A DNA stretch of 62,756 nucleotides, counting the filler, from Candidatus Coatesbacteria bacterium (GTDB lineage Bacteria > JAFGND01), in assembly GCA_016927185.1 (NCBI GenBank). It is 5 parts of 5 records of this genome, joined end to end, with 100 filler letters (N's around TTAATTAATTAA, not from the genome) between each part and the next. Parts side by side here need not be neighbours in the genome. Positions count along the whole stretch, not along the records: positions 1 to 30,772 come from JAFGND010000001.1; 4 more parts are not named here. One strand, written 5' to 3'. A model generated the notes under the pieces. The model was given only the letters and a program-made list of their open reading frames with translations, was not told the DNA's origin and did no database searches. The translations under genes and the position numbers were made by a program. This document shows, piece by piece, positions 8,645-18,522 of this stretch. Within the stretch, counting starts at the first letter, position 1; each line of letters opens with the position of its first letter.

Positions 8645-10267
8645 GTGAAAAGTTTTTTTAATAAATATATGCGGGAGTATTTCAGTGGTAGAAAGTCAGC
8701 TTCCCAAGCTGAATGTCGCGGGTTCGAATCCCGTCTCCCGCTCATTATAGTTGTTCTGCTGATATCTATAAATCTTTTTGCAATTGAACCTGTTTATGAT
8801 TTGATTGCAATCGACATGCCATATGATTCAGGAAAAATGATAGCAGTAGGATGGAGACATAAACTTGACAATCAGGATATCAACAAGAACGGAGAGAACG
8901 TAAAGGGATACTTGATATTCAGAAGTGAAGATGGCAAGAATTTTGAAATGATTGGCAATCTTGCATTTGGTATAACTGATACTCAGACTGAAGCATTATG
9001 GAGAGCAAATGGAATAAAGCATCCTTCTTATGGGAGGATTTATTATTCAGATAATGTAGACGAAGACAACAAGGATTATTTCTATAAGGTTAAGGTAATA
9101 GCTCCTTCTGATTCAGTCTGGCAATCAGTTGATATGTGGGCAGCTGGTGATACTTCATATGTACCAGTTCCCAACAGGAAAGAATATTTCACCCGTGCTG
9201 AAGTAAAAGCAGATACCATTCTCTTCAGGGAAATAAACGCAGATGAAAAAAAATATGAACAGAGAATGGTTGAATACGGAGATACAGTCTGGAAGGAAGC
9301 AGAATATGATTCCACAATAAAACCAGTTCCAGACAAGAAAGGCTATTATTTCAAGATTATAAAAGGAGAAACAAAAGAGACTTACAGGATTGATTCAGGT
9401 AAGGCATATAAACTAAAGGTTACAGAAAATTACAGCTCATTTTCAGATATAGTGAAAGCAAATGCTAGCATACAATACTGGGATTGGTCTAAAATGAATA
9501 TTCTTATATTGTCAATTCTGTTCTCTGCAGTGCTTCTTTTTTATATAAACAGAGCCAAGAAAGGAACTAACCTCTTTGTAAGAAGGATCGCAGGATTATC
9601 GGAAGTAGATGAGGCAATAGGCAGGGCAACAGAGATGGGCAGACCAATTCTCTACATATCAGGATTGAGTACTATAGGAGACATTGCCACAATGGCAGCG
9701 ATAAATATACTGGGGGAAGTAGCAAAAAGGACTGCAGAGTATTCAACTCCCCTTATTGTTCCAGCGTATGATGTAATTGTCCTTCAGGTTGAAATTGAAG
9801 TATTGAAAGAAGCTTATCTTCATGCAGGAAGGCCAGATGCTTTCAACAGCGAAGTAAAGGCATTTTTCCTTACTGATTCGCAGTTCGGATATGCTGCTGC
9901 AGTTGACGGGATAATGGTCAGGGAAAAACCAGCAGCAAATTTCTATATGGGAATGTTCTTTGCAGAGAGCCTTATAATGACTGAAACTGGAGCTGCAGAA
10001 GGTGCCATTCAGATAGCTGGAACTGATGCTGTAACACAGATCCCGTTTTTCATTACAAGCTGCGATTACACGCTCATGGGAGAAGAGCTTTATGCAGCAA
10101 GTGCTTATCTATCAAGAGAAGCCAGACTTCTGGGTAATTTGAAAGCAGTTGATTTCATAAAATTGGTGTTCATGATTTCAATTACACTTGGGGTAATAAC
10201 TACTACAATTGGCTGGAACGGGCTGGCTTATATTTTCAATACTGTCATTTGCATTTTTCCCCAATAA
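8645..10267 (+). CDS. membrane protein with extracytoplasmic FN3-like N-terminus and DUF6754-like C-terminal domain; its 5' coding region contains the tRNA-Gly
   Basis: AAGGAG lies 8 nt before GTG 8645 and the frame is open through the tRNA into a signal-peptide H-region (LIIVVLLISINLFA). The conserved-looking segment VRRIAGLSEVDEAIGRATEMGRPILY...CDYTLMGEELYAASAYLSRE was assigned to its family from memory. Confidence 0.8.
   Translation: MKSFFNKYMREYFSGRKSASQAECRGFESRLPLIIVVLLISINLFAIEPVYDLIAIDMPYDSGKMIAVGWRHKLDNQDINKNGENVKGYLIFRSEDGKNFEMIGNLAFGITDTQTEALWRANGIKHPSYGRIYYSDNVDEDNKDYFYKVKVIAPSDSVWQSVDMWAAGDTSYVPVPNRKEYFTRAEVKADTILFREINADEKKYEQRMVEYGDTVWKEAEYDSTIKPVPDKKGYYFKIIKGETKETYRIDSGKAYKLKVTENYSSFSDIVKANASIQYWDWSKMNILILSILFSAVLLFYINRAKKGTNLFVRRIAGLSEVDEAIGRATEMGRPILYISGLSTIGDIATMAAINILGEVAKRTAEYSTPLIVPAYDVIVLQVEIEVLKEAYLHAGRPDAFNSEVKAFFLTDSQFGYAAAVDGIMVREKPAANFYMGMFFAESLIMTETGAAEGAIQIAGTDAVTQIPFFITSCDYTLMGEELYAASAYLSREARLLGNLKAVDFIKLVFMISITLGVITTTIGWNGLAYIFNTVICIFPQ
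8671..8742 (+). tRNA. tRNA-Gly(CCC), no encoded CCA end
   Basis: Full cloverleaf: acceptor GCGGGAG/CTCCCGC, D-stem TTTC/GAAA, anticodon arm TCAGC-TTCCCAA-GCTGA, T-arm GCGGG-TTCGAAT-CCCGT and discriminator U. Followed by CAT rather than CCA. Confidence 0.93.
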
Positions 10268-10277
10268 ACCTGGAATA

Positions 10278-10315
10278 TTCTCCTTTATATTAAGATAATA
10301 TGTTATAAAGGAGAA
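10278..10315 (+). promoter_or_regulatory. 12-bp inverted repeat sequestering the Shine-Dalgarno sequence
   Basis: TTCTCCTTTATA-N14-TATAAAGGAGAA. The right arm contains AAGGAG of the gene starting at 10319. Confidence 0.6.
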
Positions 10316-10318
10316 AAT

Positions 10319-11188
10319 ATGTTGTTATACCTTATCTTTATTGTTACATTATCAGCGAATTTCTGCCCTGAAGAAGCCCCATTCATATGGGAAATTGAAT
10401 ATCCTTCCTTATTTCTAATTCCTCCTGGTTATCTTGGAAAAGGTAATTACAAGTTGAGTTCATCATTCATTCATTATTCAGGTGATAAATATACTGATAA
10501 TGATGGAAACAAGTTCTCTATAGACAGACTGAAAAACAATGAGCTTGAGATTGATTTCAGCTATGGATTAATGAAAAGAGTGGATATCGGGTTTCAGTCT
10601 GGATATATTTCAAGGGAAGACAATCTATATAACCCTTCAACAGGTAAGGGCATAAGCGATTTCAAACTTAAATTGAATTATATGCCTCCCCTGGAAAATC
10701 ATTATTTTACATTGAATTATGGTGTCATGGGTATTTTCAAGACAGGCAAGGAAAGGGATGCTTCAAATCTCGGGACAACGCTAGGCTACAATGCTCTTGA
10801 TCAGAGATTTACGGCTTTGTTTCCCATAAACACCAAGCTGAACGCAATGCTTGAAGAAAGATTTACTGTTCCTCTCGAGGAAACTGAAAATGGTTACAAG
10901 GGAACACTTAGTTCTTCATTGTCATTGGGTTACAGGATAAAAAAACTGAGACCTTCAATAGAATCTGCGTATATTTATGAAATGGGCAAGGAAAACATGA
11001 ACAGCAGGAACCTATCTATAGGAGCAGGATTGGGAGTTAACATACTCAAATCCCTGCTACTGAAAGTGGGTTTCAGGAATGATTTTCAAGGAATCAATTC
11101 AAGATTAAACAGGAATTTTGCTGTCTCTCTGACTTACTTCAGTAATCCTTGTTCCTGTTCTATTCCTTGCCCTCAACCATTTGAATAA
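10319..11188 (+). CDS. putative outer-membrane beta-barrel/transporter-like protein
   Basis: Signal peptide, alternating beta-strand pattern and GISDFKLKLNY...KTG motif typical of MetA-pathway phenol-degradation-like barrels. Confidence 0.6.
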   Translation: MLLYLIFIVTLSANFCPEEAPFIWEIEYPSLFLIPPGYLGKGNYKLSSSFIHYSGDKYTDNDGNKFSIDRLKNNELEIDFSYGLMKRVDIGFQSGYISREDNLYNPSTGKGISDFKLKLNYMPPLENHYFTLNYGVMGIFKTGKERDASNLGTTLGYNALDQRFTALFPINTKLNAMLEERFTVPLEETENGYKGTLSSSLSLGYRIKKLRPSIESAYIYEMGKENMNSRNLSIGAGLGVNILKSLLLKVGFRNDFQGINSRLNRNFAVSLTYFSNPCSCSIPCPQPFE

Positions 11189-12044
11189 TATATTCTGTAA
11201 GGTTTCTGAACGATCTGGAAACAGGACTATCAAGATCAATATCTACTGTAATTCCTGCATCCCCATCTATGGCAACACTAGGTTCAAATGGTATCTGTGA
11301 AAGTAGTGGAATATTGGTTTCTTCCGAAAGGATTTTTCCTGCATTACCCTTGAATAATACGCTTTCAGAAGAGCAATTAGGACAGAAGAAGCTGCTCATG
11401 TTTTCCACTATTCCAATAACAGGCAGGTTTACTTTCTCGCAGAAGGTAATTGATCTTCTGACAGCAGACATGGCAACAGCTTGTGGTGTTGTTACTATTA
11501 TTGCACCAGTTGCATTTCTAATCAATTGCACTGCTGATAAAGGTTCATCTCCTGTTCCTGGAGGTGAATCTATTATAAGGTAATCAAGGCATCCCCAGTC
11601 AACATCTCTGAGGAATTGCTTTATGGCTCCCATTTTCAATGGACCTCTCCAGATGAAAGCTTCAGTGTCATCTTTCAGGAGAAATCCTGGTGAAAATGCT
11701 TTCAATCCATCCATGGCAATAACCGGTTTAATCATGTTATTCTCAACTTCAAGGTTTATGTTCCTTAGATTGAGAAGTCTTGGGATACTTGGTCCATGAA
11801 TATCTATATCCAGTATTCCGACATTCTTTTTTCGCTTGCTGAGACCAGCTGCAAGATTTACTGCAACTGTTGATTTACCTACCCCACCCTTGCCACTCAG
11901 TACGATAATCTTGTTTTCAATCTCGCATAGTTTTTTCGCAATTAGCTGCCTGTCTTCAATTTCCTCCTTGGAAAACCCTTGATTCGGATTCTTTACAGGG
12001 CATGAAGCATCAGTGCATGTTTTGCAATCTTTTCCCATATCCAA
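11160..12044 (-). CDS. mrp: Mrp/NBP35 (ApbC) Fe-S cluster carrier ATPase
   Basis: SGKGGVGKST, DIDIHGPSIP, IWRGP, DSPPGTGDE and VENMS..CPNC. Confidence 0.93.
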   Translation of the reverse strand: MDMGKDCKTCTDASCPVKNPNQGFSKEEIEDRQLIAKKLCEIENKIIVLSGKGGVGKSTVAVNLAAGLSKRKKNVGILDIDIHGPSIPRLLNLRNINLEVENNMIKPVIAMDGLKAFSPGFLLKDDTEAFIWRGPLKMGAIKQFLRDVDWGCLDYLIIDSPPGTGDEPLSAVQLIRNATGAIIVTTPQAVAMSAVRRSITFCEKVNLPVIGIVENMSSFFCPNCSSESVLFKGNAGKILSEETNIPLLSQIPFEPSVAIDGDAGITVDIDLDSPVSRSFRNLTEYIIQMVEGKE

Positions 12045-12175
12045 CTCCTATCTTGTTCTTGAAAACATGAGATCATTTCACTGCCATTTTTGCCAAGCTT
12101 TATTTGCTGATTTTTTTAGAAAAACTGAAATAATCGCTTGACTAAATAGGATTAAAATAATGTTACTTTAAAACA

Positions 12176-12577
12176 ATGGAACATAAAAAGGAAAGAAGAA
12201 AAGAAACAAGAATTTCAGTTGAAATCAAGGTTTCAATCAAGGCAGAATCTTTATCTAAAGAAATCACTGAATTAAGGACAAGAAATATTTCATTAAGTGG
12301 TGTATTACTGCAAGGTCAACCTGTTTTCCCGATTGGAACAATATGCCATATAAATTTTTATCTTCAAACAGCTAACCAGACCAATGATGATATATCTTTC
12401 AGACTTGTGAGCAGGGTTGTAAGGAATGACAATAATGAAATGGCTCTTGAATTTATAGAGATCCCACCTGTTTCATTTTATCATCTAAAGAGAATTATCT
12501 GCAGCAATTCACTGCTTTCTGATTTCATAAACAAGGAAATAAGACTTATGTACGGAAATATCCCTGAGGATTTTTAG
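12176..12577 (+). CDS. PilZ domain protein
   Basis: ERRKETR (RxxxR) and NISLSG ((D/N)xSxxG) motifs. Confidence 0.85.
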   Translation: MEHKKERRKETRISVEIKVSIKAESLSKEITELRTRNISLSGVLLQGQPVFPIGTICHINFYLQTANQTNDDISFRLVSRVVRNDNNEMALEFIEIPPVSFYHLKRIICSNSLLSDFINKEIRLMYGNIPEDF

Positions 12578-13372
12578 CTAAATATTCATTTTTGCCCTGT
12601 ATTCAAAAGCTTTTTTAGCAGCAGCTTCATAGAATTTCCTGGCCATGGATGCAAAAATAATTGATCTTGAAATACTAATTATCAATCCCTTGCCATTGTT
12701 GTTTATCCCGTATTCCATTACCTTATTCAAATCCCCACCCTGTACTCCAATACCTGGAACGAGTATCAAACCGTTGAAACCAAGGCTTTTTCTAATTTTT
12801 CTTAAATAACCAGGTTTAGTTGCTCCGATAACAAGCCCCAGATTTTCTTTGTCCCATTCAATGACTTTCTTTGCTACTTTTCTATAAAGACCTCCAGATA
12901 GCTGGAAATCATTTGCGCCTTCATTGCTTGTAAGCGCAAGAATAAAGGAAAAATTGCCTTTGTAATCAGCAAAGGGTTTTACTGAATCCCATCCCATATA
13001 AGGAGATAGAGTTACCGCATCAGCCTTGTAAACTTCAAAACAGGCTTTTGCATATGCTTCAGCAGTTGATCCAATATCGCCTCTTTTGCAGTCAAGTATC
13101 AAAGGTGTGCCTGATTTCTTTATATATGAGATAAGTTCTATTAGTTGCTCAATACCTTTTGCCCCATGAACTTCAAAGAATGCTATATTAATCTTGTATG
13201 CACATACAAATTCTCTTGTATGATCCACTATTTTTCTTCCGAAATCAAGAAGCATGCTTCTTTTATCAAGACCTTCTATTTCATCCAGTTTTTTCTGATG
13301 TGGATCTATTCCTATGCATAAACAGGTTCCTCTATCATGACTTGTTTTATTGACATGTGATACGAAATCCAT
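12578..13372 (-). CDS. pyrF: orotidine-5'-phosphate decarboxylase
   Basis: LCIGIDP, ILDCKRGDIGST, TLSPYMG and LVPGIGVQGG. Start ATG 13372 behind AAGGAG. Confidence 0.93.
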   Translation of the reverse strand: MDFVSHVNKTSHDRGTCLCIGIDPHQKKLDEIEGLDKRSMLLDFGRKIVDHTREFVCAYKINIAFFEVHGAKGIEQLIELISYIKKSGTPLILDCKRGDIGSTAEAYAKACFEVYKADAVTLSPYMGWDSVKPFADYKGNFSFILALTSNEGANDFQLSGGLYRKVAKKVIEWDKENLGLVIGATKPGYLRKIRKSLGFNGLILVPGIGVQGGDLNKVMEYGINNNGKGLIISISRSIIFASMARKFYEAAAKKAFEYRAKMNI

Positions 13373-13423
13373 TATGTTTCTCCTTGCAAAAACTAGCTGG
13401 CAAATAAAAAAATGGCATGAGGT

Positions 13424-14251
13424 ATGACAACAGAAAACAACGAAAAGATTGAAGAAATAGCTTCTGACAGCCAGACAGTTACTGACAAGAAGATTGATTT
13501 GCCCCCTACCCAATCAATAGATTATTCAGTTATAAAAAGAAAGCACAGGAAAAGAAAAAGATCTGAAGGTATCTGGAAGAAAATAAAGAAAAACAAGCAT
13601 TTCTCGAGAGTTATAAGTGTTCTTGCATTCATTGCATTTGTCTTTCTTGTGTACCTTTATTTTGCAAATAAGGCTATCAAGGATGAAACTAAAGGCTTGA
13701 TAAGGAATAATATAAACAGCTTTCCCCATACTGAAGCCCTGATTTTGATTGATATAGAGAAGTTTGACAAAATACCTGAAGAGACTATCCTGGATTTCTA
13801 CAACAGCAAGAGGATAAAAAAAATCCTTTTTCTTGGTAACGGAAAGAATATATCTTTATACAAGAATTTGAGAGTGAAACTGCTCAAGATGGATGTGAAA
13901 CCTGAAGATATATTCCAGGATGTTGCATCTGGTTCCTTATATAAAGCCGTTTTCAGATCCCAGTATGTTTATAGGGTATCATCCGGAGTAATAATGACAA
14001 CAAACAATGAAATAGAAAGAGCTGTCTTTTTTTCAAATCAGTATGGTATAAGAACATTCGGGTATCCGGTAAAGAACAAACTGCTGGATATAAGTTTCAT
14101 AAAGGAGCCTATAATCAGAGGCATTGATTTTCTCAAGCATACATTCTATGCCTATCCTTCGGAAGAAGACGAGGAATTGCCAATACCTATTACTGGAAAT
14201 GGAAAATATACATGGGAAGAAAGAGGCTATGATCCTATATTTGAGGAATAA
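13424..14251 (+). CDS. membrane-anchored SanA/YdcF (DUF218)-like protein, divergent
   Basis: Single TM segment then KKILFLGNG...VKPEDIFQD...ERAVF pattern resembling SanA. Confidence 0.55.
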   Translation: MTTENNEKIEEIASDSQTVTDKKIDLPPTQSIDYSVIKRKHRKRKRSEGIWKKIKKNKHFSRVISVLAFIAFVFLVYLYFANKAIKDETKGLIRNNINSFPHTEALILIDIEKFDKIPEETILDFYNSKRIKKILFLGNGKNISLYKNLRVKLLKMDVKPEDIFQDVASGSLYKAVFRSQYVYRVSSGVIMTTNNEIERAVFFSNQYGIRTFGYPVKNKLLDISFIKEPIIRGIDFLKHTFYAYPSEEDEELPIPITGNGKYTWEERGYDPIFEE

Positions 14252-14256
14252 ATACA

Positions 14257-15513
14257 ATGACAGTTAAATTCAAATCCATTATTGACTGGAATGATGTAAG
14301 TGAAACACTATTAGAAAAAGCACTGGCAGCTAATATGGCATTGAAAGACAAGACTTCCCCTGGCAATGATTTTCTTGGCTGGTTAAATCTTCCCGAAAAA
14401 TTTGACAAAGGTTTATTGAAGGATATGGAAGAGACATCTGAGCTTATTAGAGGTAACTGTCAGGTATTCGTGATTATAGGTATAGGAGGTTCATATCTGG
14501 GTGCAAGAGCTGTCATTGATGCACTCAGAAATGAAACATCGCCTGAAATACTCTATGCGGGACATCATCTTGGAAGCAGATATCTTGAGGAACTTCTTGA
14601 ATACCTGAAGGACAAAGAGGTATTCTTGAATGTTATAAGCAAGAGTGGAACAACACTTGAACCTGCCCTTGCATTCAGATTTATGGAAGAATTCATGAAA
14701 AAGAAATATGGTAAATCGAGATGGAAAAGGATTATCATTACAACAGATAGAAGCAAAGGTTCATTGAAAAAAGCTGCTGAGATTAACAAGGCAAAAACCT
14801 TTGTAATTCCTGATGATATTGGTGGCAGATTCAGTGTTTTAACACCCGTTGGATTATTGCCAATATCAGTTTCAGGTTTGAATATCAAAAAGCTTATTGA
14901 AGGTGCAGGAAAAGCTCTTCATAAATGCGAGAAAAAAGAAGTAGAGAATAATATATCTCTTCAATATGCAATTTGCAGGAATCATTTCATGAACAAGGGA
15001 AGGAATATCGAGATATTATCAAGCTTTGAACCTGAACTTCATTATCTGGGTGAATGGTGGAAGCAGTTATATGGAGAAAGTGAAGGAAAAGAGGGAAAAG
15101 GGATATTTCCTGCAACCTGTCAATTCACTACTGATCTGCATTCAATGGGACAGTACATACAGGATGGACAGAGAATGCTTTTCGAGACTTTTCTTGTTGT
15201 CAGGAAAAGCAAATACAAGCTTAGAATAAGGAAAAACAAGAAAAACCTGGATAGCTTGAATTATCTATCTGAAAAAACCCTTGATTACATAAATATGAAG
15301 GCCTTTGAAGGAACTTTGAAAGCTCATCTGGAAGGGAATGTCCCCTGCAATGTAATAGAAATTGATGAGTTGAACGAACATGAAATAGGGGAGCTTCTTT
15401 ATTATTTCATGAGATCATGCGGAATATCTGCTCAATTGCTCAGGTTAAATCCTTTCAATCAACCTGGAGTGGAAGCATATAAAAAGAATATTTATATGCT
15501 TCTCAAGAAATAA
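14257..15513 (+). CDS. pgi: glucose-6-phosphate isomerase
   Basis: IGIGGSYLGA, SKSGTTLEP, GGRFSVLT, WKQLYGESEGK and FNQPGVEAYK. Confidence 0.95.
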   Translation: MTVKFKSIIDWNDVSETLLEKALAANMALKDKTSPGNDFLGWLNLPEKFDKGLLKDMEETSELIRGNCQVFVIIGIGGSYLGARAVIDALRNETSPEILYAGHHLGSRYLEELLEYLKDKEVFLNVISKSGTTLEPALAFRFMEEFMKKKYGKSRWKRIIITTDRSKGSLKKAAEINKAKTFVIPDDIGGRFSVLTPVGLLPISVSGLNIKKLIEGAGKALHKCEKKEVENNISLQYAICRNHFMNKGRNIEILSSFEPELHYLGEWWKQLYGESEGKEGKGIFPATCQFTTDLHSMGQYIQDGQRMLFETFLVVRKSKYKLRIRKNKKNLDSLNYLSEKTLDYINMKAFEGTLKAHLEGNVPCNVIEIDELNEHEIGELLYYFMRSCGISAQLLRLNPFNQPGVEAYKKNIYMLLKK

Positions 15514-17049
15514 CTAACTGCTGATTTTTATCATGCGCTTTGTATAATTCAATGACTTGAATATATAAACTCCTGGTTTCCATGAAGAAGTATCTATATT
15601 GTAGTTACCTGGTTTCAGTATCTTTATTAATTGACCAGTCAATGAATATATTCTTGCAGAATCAGACGATCTGAAATATAACTGCCTGTTGAATGGATTG
15701 GGTGAAATTACAGTTTTCAAGGGAATAGAAGAACTAAAATTCTTTTCCTTGAAACCTACTGTTGAATAGATCGTGAAAAAATTGTCACTTTGTTCTATAG
15801 TGCTTCCTGAAGTGATCTTCATCAGACATGCATCCGAAGGAGTTTGGGGTACTGTCCATAAATGATTCTTCACACCTGTCACATTAGCTATATATATCCA
15901 GCTGTTTCCGGCATCAGTAGTATATTCAATCTTGAAATCATTGTAATTTGCTGATGCATCCCATTTTATTTCCTGTGTGCTTCCTGCTTCCCATATTTCC
16001 CCTCCATTCGGGACAAGCAAATTCAATACTGTTGCATCAAGACAATATATATATTGATCCTTGCTTGAGAAATATACTTTGGAATCATGGCAGAATATTG
16101 ATGAGAAAATTTCTCCAGTTGTCTTGTACTGCCACATTATTTTCCCGTCATGCTTGTTAAGCGCATAAAGGGTTTTCCCGCTGCAGCCAATATATGCATA
16201 ACCATCTGATATACCTGCTGATGAAAGATAAACAGGATAGGATAGATTTGCCTTCCATTTAAGCTGACCTGTAACAGTATCTATTGCATAGAAATAACTA
16301 TCATTACTGCCTATGAAAACAGTGCTGTCGCTTGTTGCGGGAGAGGAATTTATACGATTCTTTGTTTCATATCTCCACCTGAAACCACCATTACTGCTGT
16401 TTAATGCATAAACAAAGCCATCATCGCATCCAAAGTATACTACACTATCATAGATTGTTGCTCCGGAAATTATCCAGTCAGTTGTCAAATACTTCCATTT
16501 CAGCTGCCCATTTGAAGCATTAATTGCATAAATATTTCCGTCCCAGCTTCCATTGTAAACAGTTGAATTATAGCAGACTGGCGAAGAGGTAACATCATAA
16601 TCTGTTTCATATTCCCAGATCTGATTTCCGGTTTCCACGTCAACTGCGTAAATTGAATTGTCAGCACTCCCGAAATAGACTATTCCATTGCTTACAGCTG
16701 GTGTTGATCTTATGGCATCTCTCGTTGGGTATGCCCATATAGGTGAACCTGTTGATGCATTCATTGCGTACATATTCCTGTCAAAACTTCCTATGAAGAG
16801 AATTCCATTATCTACTATGCATCCAGCATGTATCATTCCATCAGTTTCATAACTCCAGATAAGGGAACCTGTAAGTGCATTCAAGGCATAGATTTTATGA
16901 TCACCGCTTCCGACATAAAGCACACCATCAACAACATATGGAGTTCCATAATTGAAGTTCCCGGTTTTGTAGCTCCATATTAAATCACCTGACGCTGATT
17001 GCAGGCAGGTTGAAAATAACAACAGAAAAATCAATAACATTATTCTCAT
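15514..17049 (-). CDS. secreted PQQ-like/BamB beta-propeller repeat protein with T9SS-like C-terminal domain
   Basis: Signal peptide, repeated YxGSxD..YALNA.TG..W.Y, a PNGGEIW Ig-like module and C-terminal SPNPF...YSLTGQL...W.PGVYI...IK. Confidence 0.88.
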   Translation of the reverse strand: MRIMLLIFLLLFSTCLQSASGDLIWSYKTGNFNYGTPYVVDGVLYVGSGDHKIYALNALTGSLIWSYETDGMIHAGCIVDNGILFIGSFDRNMYAMNASTGSPIWAYPTRDAIRSTPAVSNGIVYFGSADNSIYAVDVETGNQIWEYETDYDVTSSPVCYNSTVYNGSWDGNIYAINASNGQLKWKYLTTDWIISGATIYDSVVYFGCDDGFVYALNSSNGGFRWRYETKNRINSSPATSDSTVFIGSNDSYFYAIDTVTGQLKWKANLSYPVYLSSAGISDGYAYIGCSGKTLYALNKHDGKIMWQYKTTGEIFSSIFCHDSKVYFSSKDQYIYCLDATVLNLLVPNGGEIWEAGSTQEIKWDASANYNDFKIEYTTDAGNSWIYIANVTGVKNHLWTVPQTPSDACLMKITSGSTIEQSDNFFTIYSTVGFKEKNFSSSIPLKTVISPNPFNRQLYFRSSDSARIYSLTGQLIKILKPGNYNIDTSSWKPGVYIFKSLNYTKRMIKISS

Positions 17050-17191
17050 ATTCTCGCTCCTTTCTATTTGCATTTAATAATTATTTGAAGTAAAAAAAGT
17101 CAAGCATAATCTGCAAAATTATCTTTAAAAAGTAAAAAACATCAATATTTTGACTTGCTTTTAAAATGCATATTTCTGTGTCTGCCTTTAT

Positions 17192-18439
17192 ATGTACCTT
17201 GAGCCTCAAGAGAAGAATCTCTTTATCAGGCATTTGATTATATCAATCCTAGGTGGTCTGGCGGCTGGAATTCTGTCATTGGCAGACATTGTACTCCGGA
17301 AAACATTGAGAGCCAATATGGAATCCATAACAATACTGGGGCTTCTTCCTCCCATAAGTTTCATTTTTTCACTTTCATTAACACAAGCGCTTGGGTTTGG
17401 AAGAAGAAGGAAAATAATACTTTTCTCTCTTGCAGTATTAGGGGCAGTTCCCTTAGGTCTAGTTTACTTCTTCAATTATTCGATACCATTTCTGCTTTTT
17501 GCTTTCCTCTGCTTTTTCATGTCTGTAACTGTTATATCTCCTGCATTTTCAAATCTCTATAAAAGGTATTACAGACAGGAGATTATTGGGAAGTTATTCG
17601 GATATGCAGTTTCAGCTAATGTAGTTGCATCAATGATTGGAGCATATATGACTGGATATCTTCTGGATAAAGATTCTTCTCTTTACAGTATTATGTTTCC
17701 AGCTGGAGGAGTATTAAGCTTCATAACAATAGTTTTGCTGGCTTTAATCTCTTTCGAGCATGGAAAAGATGCTGAATTCCATCCTTTTGATATGAATCTT
17801 CTGCTTGCTCCATACAAATCCTTGAGAAAAGTGCTGAAGGAAGACAGGGAATATGCCATTTTCCAGAGGAACTTCTTCTGCTATGGATTTGCATTCTTGT
17901 TGCTTATTCCTGTTCTGCCCTTGTTTTTTGTTGAAAGGCTGCATATAGATTATCAGACAGTTGCTGAAGCAAGATCCATTATTGGTCAGCTGGGGATATT
18001 GTTTCTTTCGCCTCTTGCAGGTACTTATTTTGACAGGCAGAATCCTTACAGATTTACTGGTTATTCATTCATGCTTCTTGGAATTTTCCCGACTCTTGTC
18101 TGTTTATCTCAATTCTTCTCTGGGAATTATATGATAGCAGTATTATATCTGGGGTATGGCATACTATCTATTGGAATGACAGGGGTTAGTTTAAGCTGGA
18201 ATCTCTCTTCCTTATATTTTGCCAAAAACAGGGACACTTCAATATATCAGGGAATACATGTGACACTTACTGGATTGAGGGGCTTAATAAGTCCATTAGT
18301 TGGTTATCTTATACTTCTGTTCTTTTCATATGAAGTTGCTTTCACAATAAGCGCTCTTGTTTTTGCACTTTCTTCGTTTCTCATGCTTTACAGATACTAT
18401 AAGGTCATAAAACCGGGAAATATCCCTAAAACAGCATAA
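17192..18439 (+). CDS. MFS transporter
   Basis: About 12 hydrophobic segments in two halves, 415 aa. Confidence 0.8.
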   Translation: MYLEPQEKNLFIRHLIISILGGLAAGILSLADIVLRKTLRANMESITILGLLPPISFIFSLSLTQALGFGRRRKIILFSLAVLGAVPLGLVYFFNYSIPFLLFAFLCFFMSVTVISPAFSNLYKRYYRQEIIGKLFGYAVSANVVASMIGAYMTGYLLDKDSSLYSIMFPAGGVLSFITIVLLALISFEHGKDAEFHPFDMNLLLAPYKSLRKVLKEDREYAIFQRNFFCYGFAFLLLIPVLPLFFVERLHIDYQTVAEARSIIGQLGILFLSPLAGTYFDRQNPYRFTGYSFMLLGIFPTLVCLSQFFSGNYMIAVLYLGYGILSIGMTGVSLSWNLSSLYFAKNRDTSIYQGIHVTLTGLRGLISPLVGYLILLFFSYEVAFTISALVFALSSFLMLYRYYKVIKPGNIPKTA

Positions 18440-18522
18440 AGTTTATAGATATCAAAAGGAACCTTCTTATTGCATTCACCGGTTTCAGCCTTTTTGCTTG
18501 ACATACAATAAGCTTTTTAGAC

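Noticed and set aside
8413-8745. Minus-strand ORF MSGRRDSNPRHSAWEAD...
   Set aside because: This is the typical antisense translation of a tRNA gene and it also overlaps cca. It is spurious.
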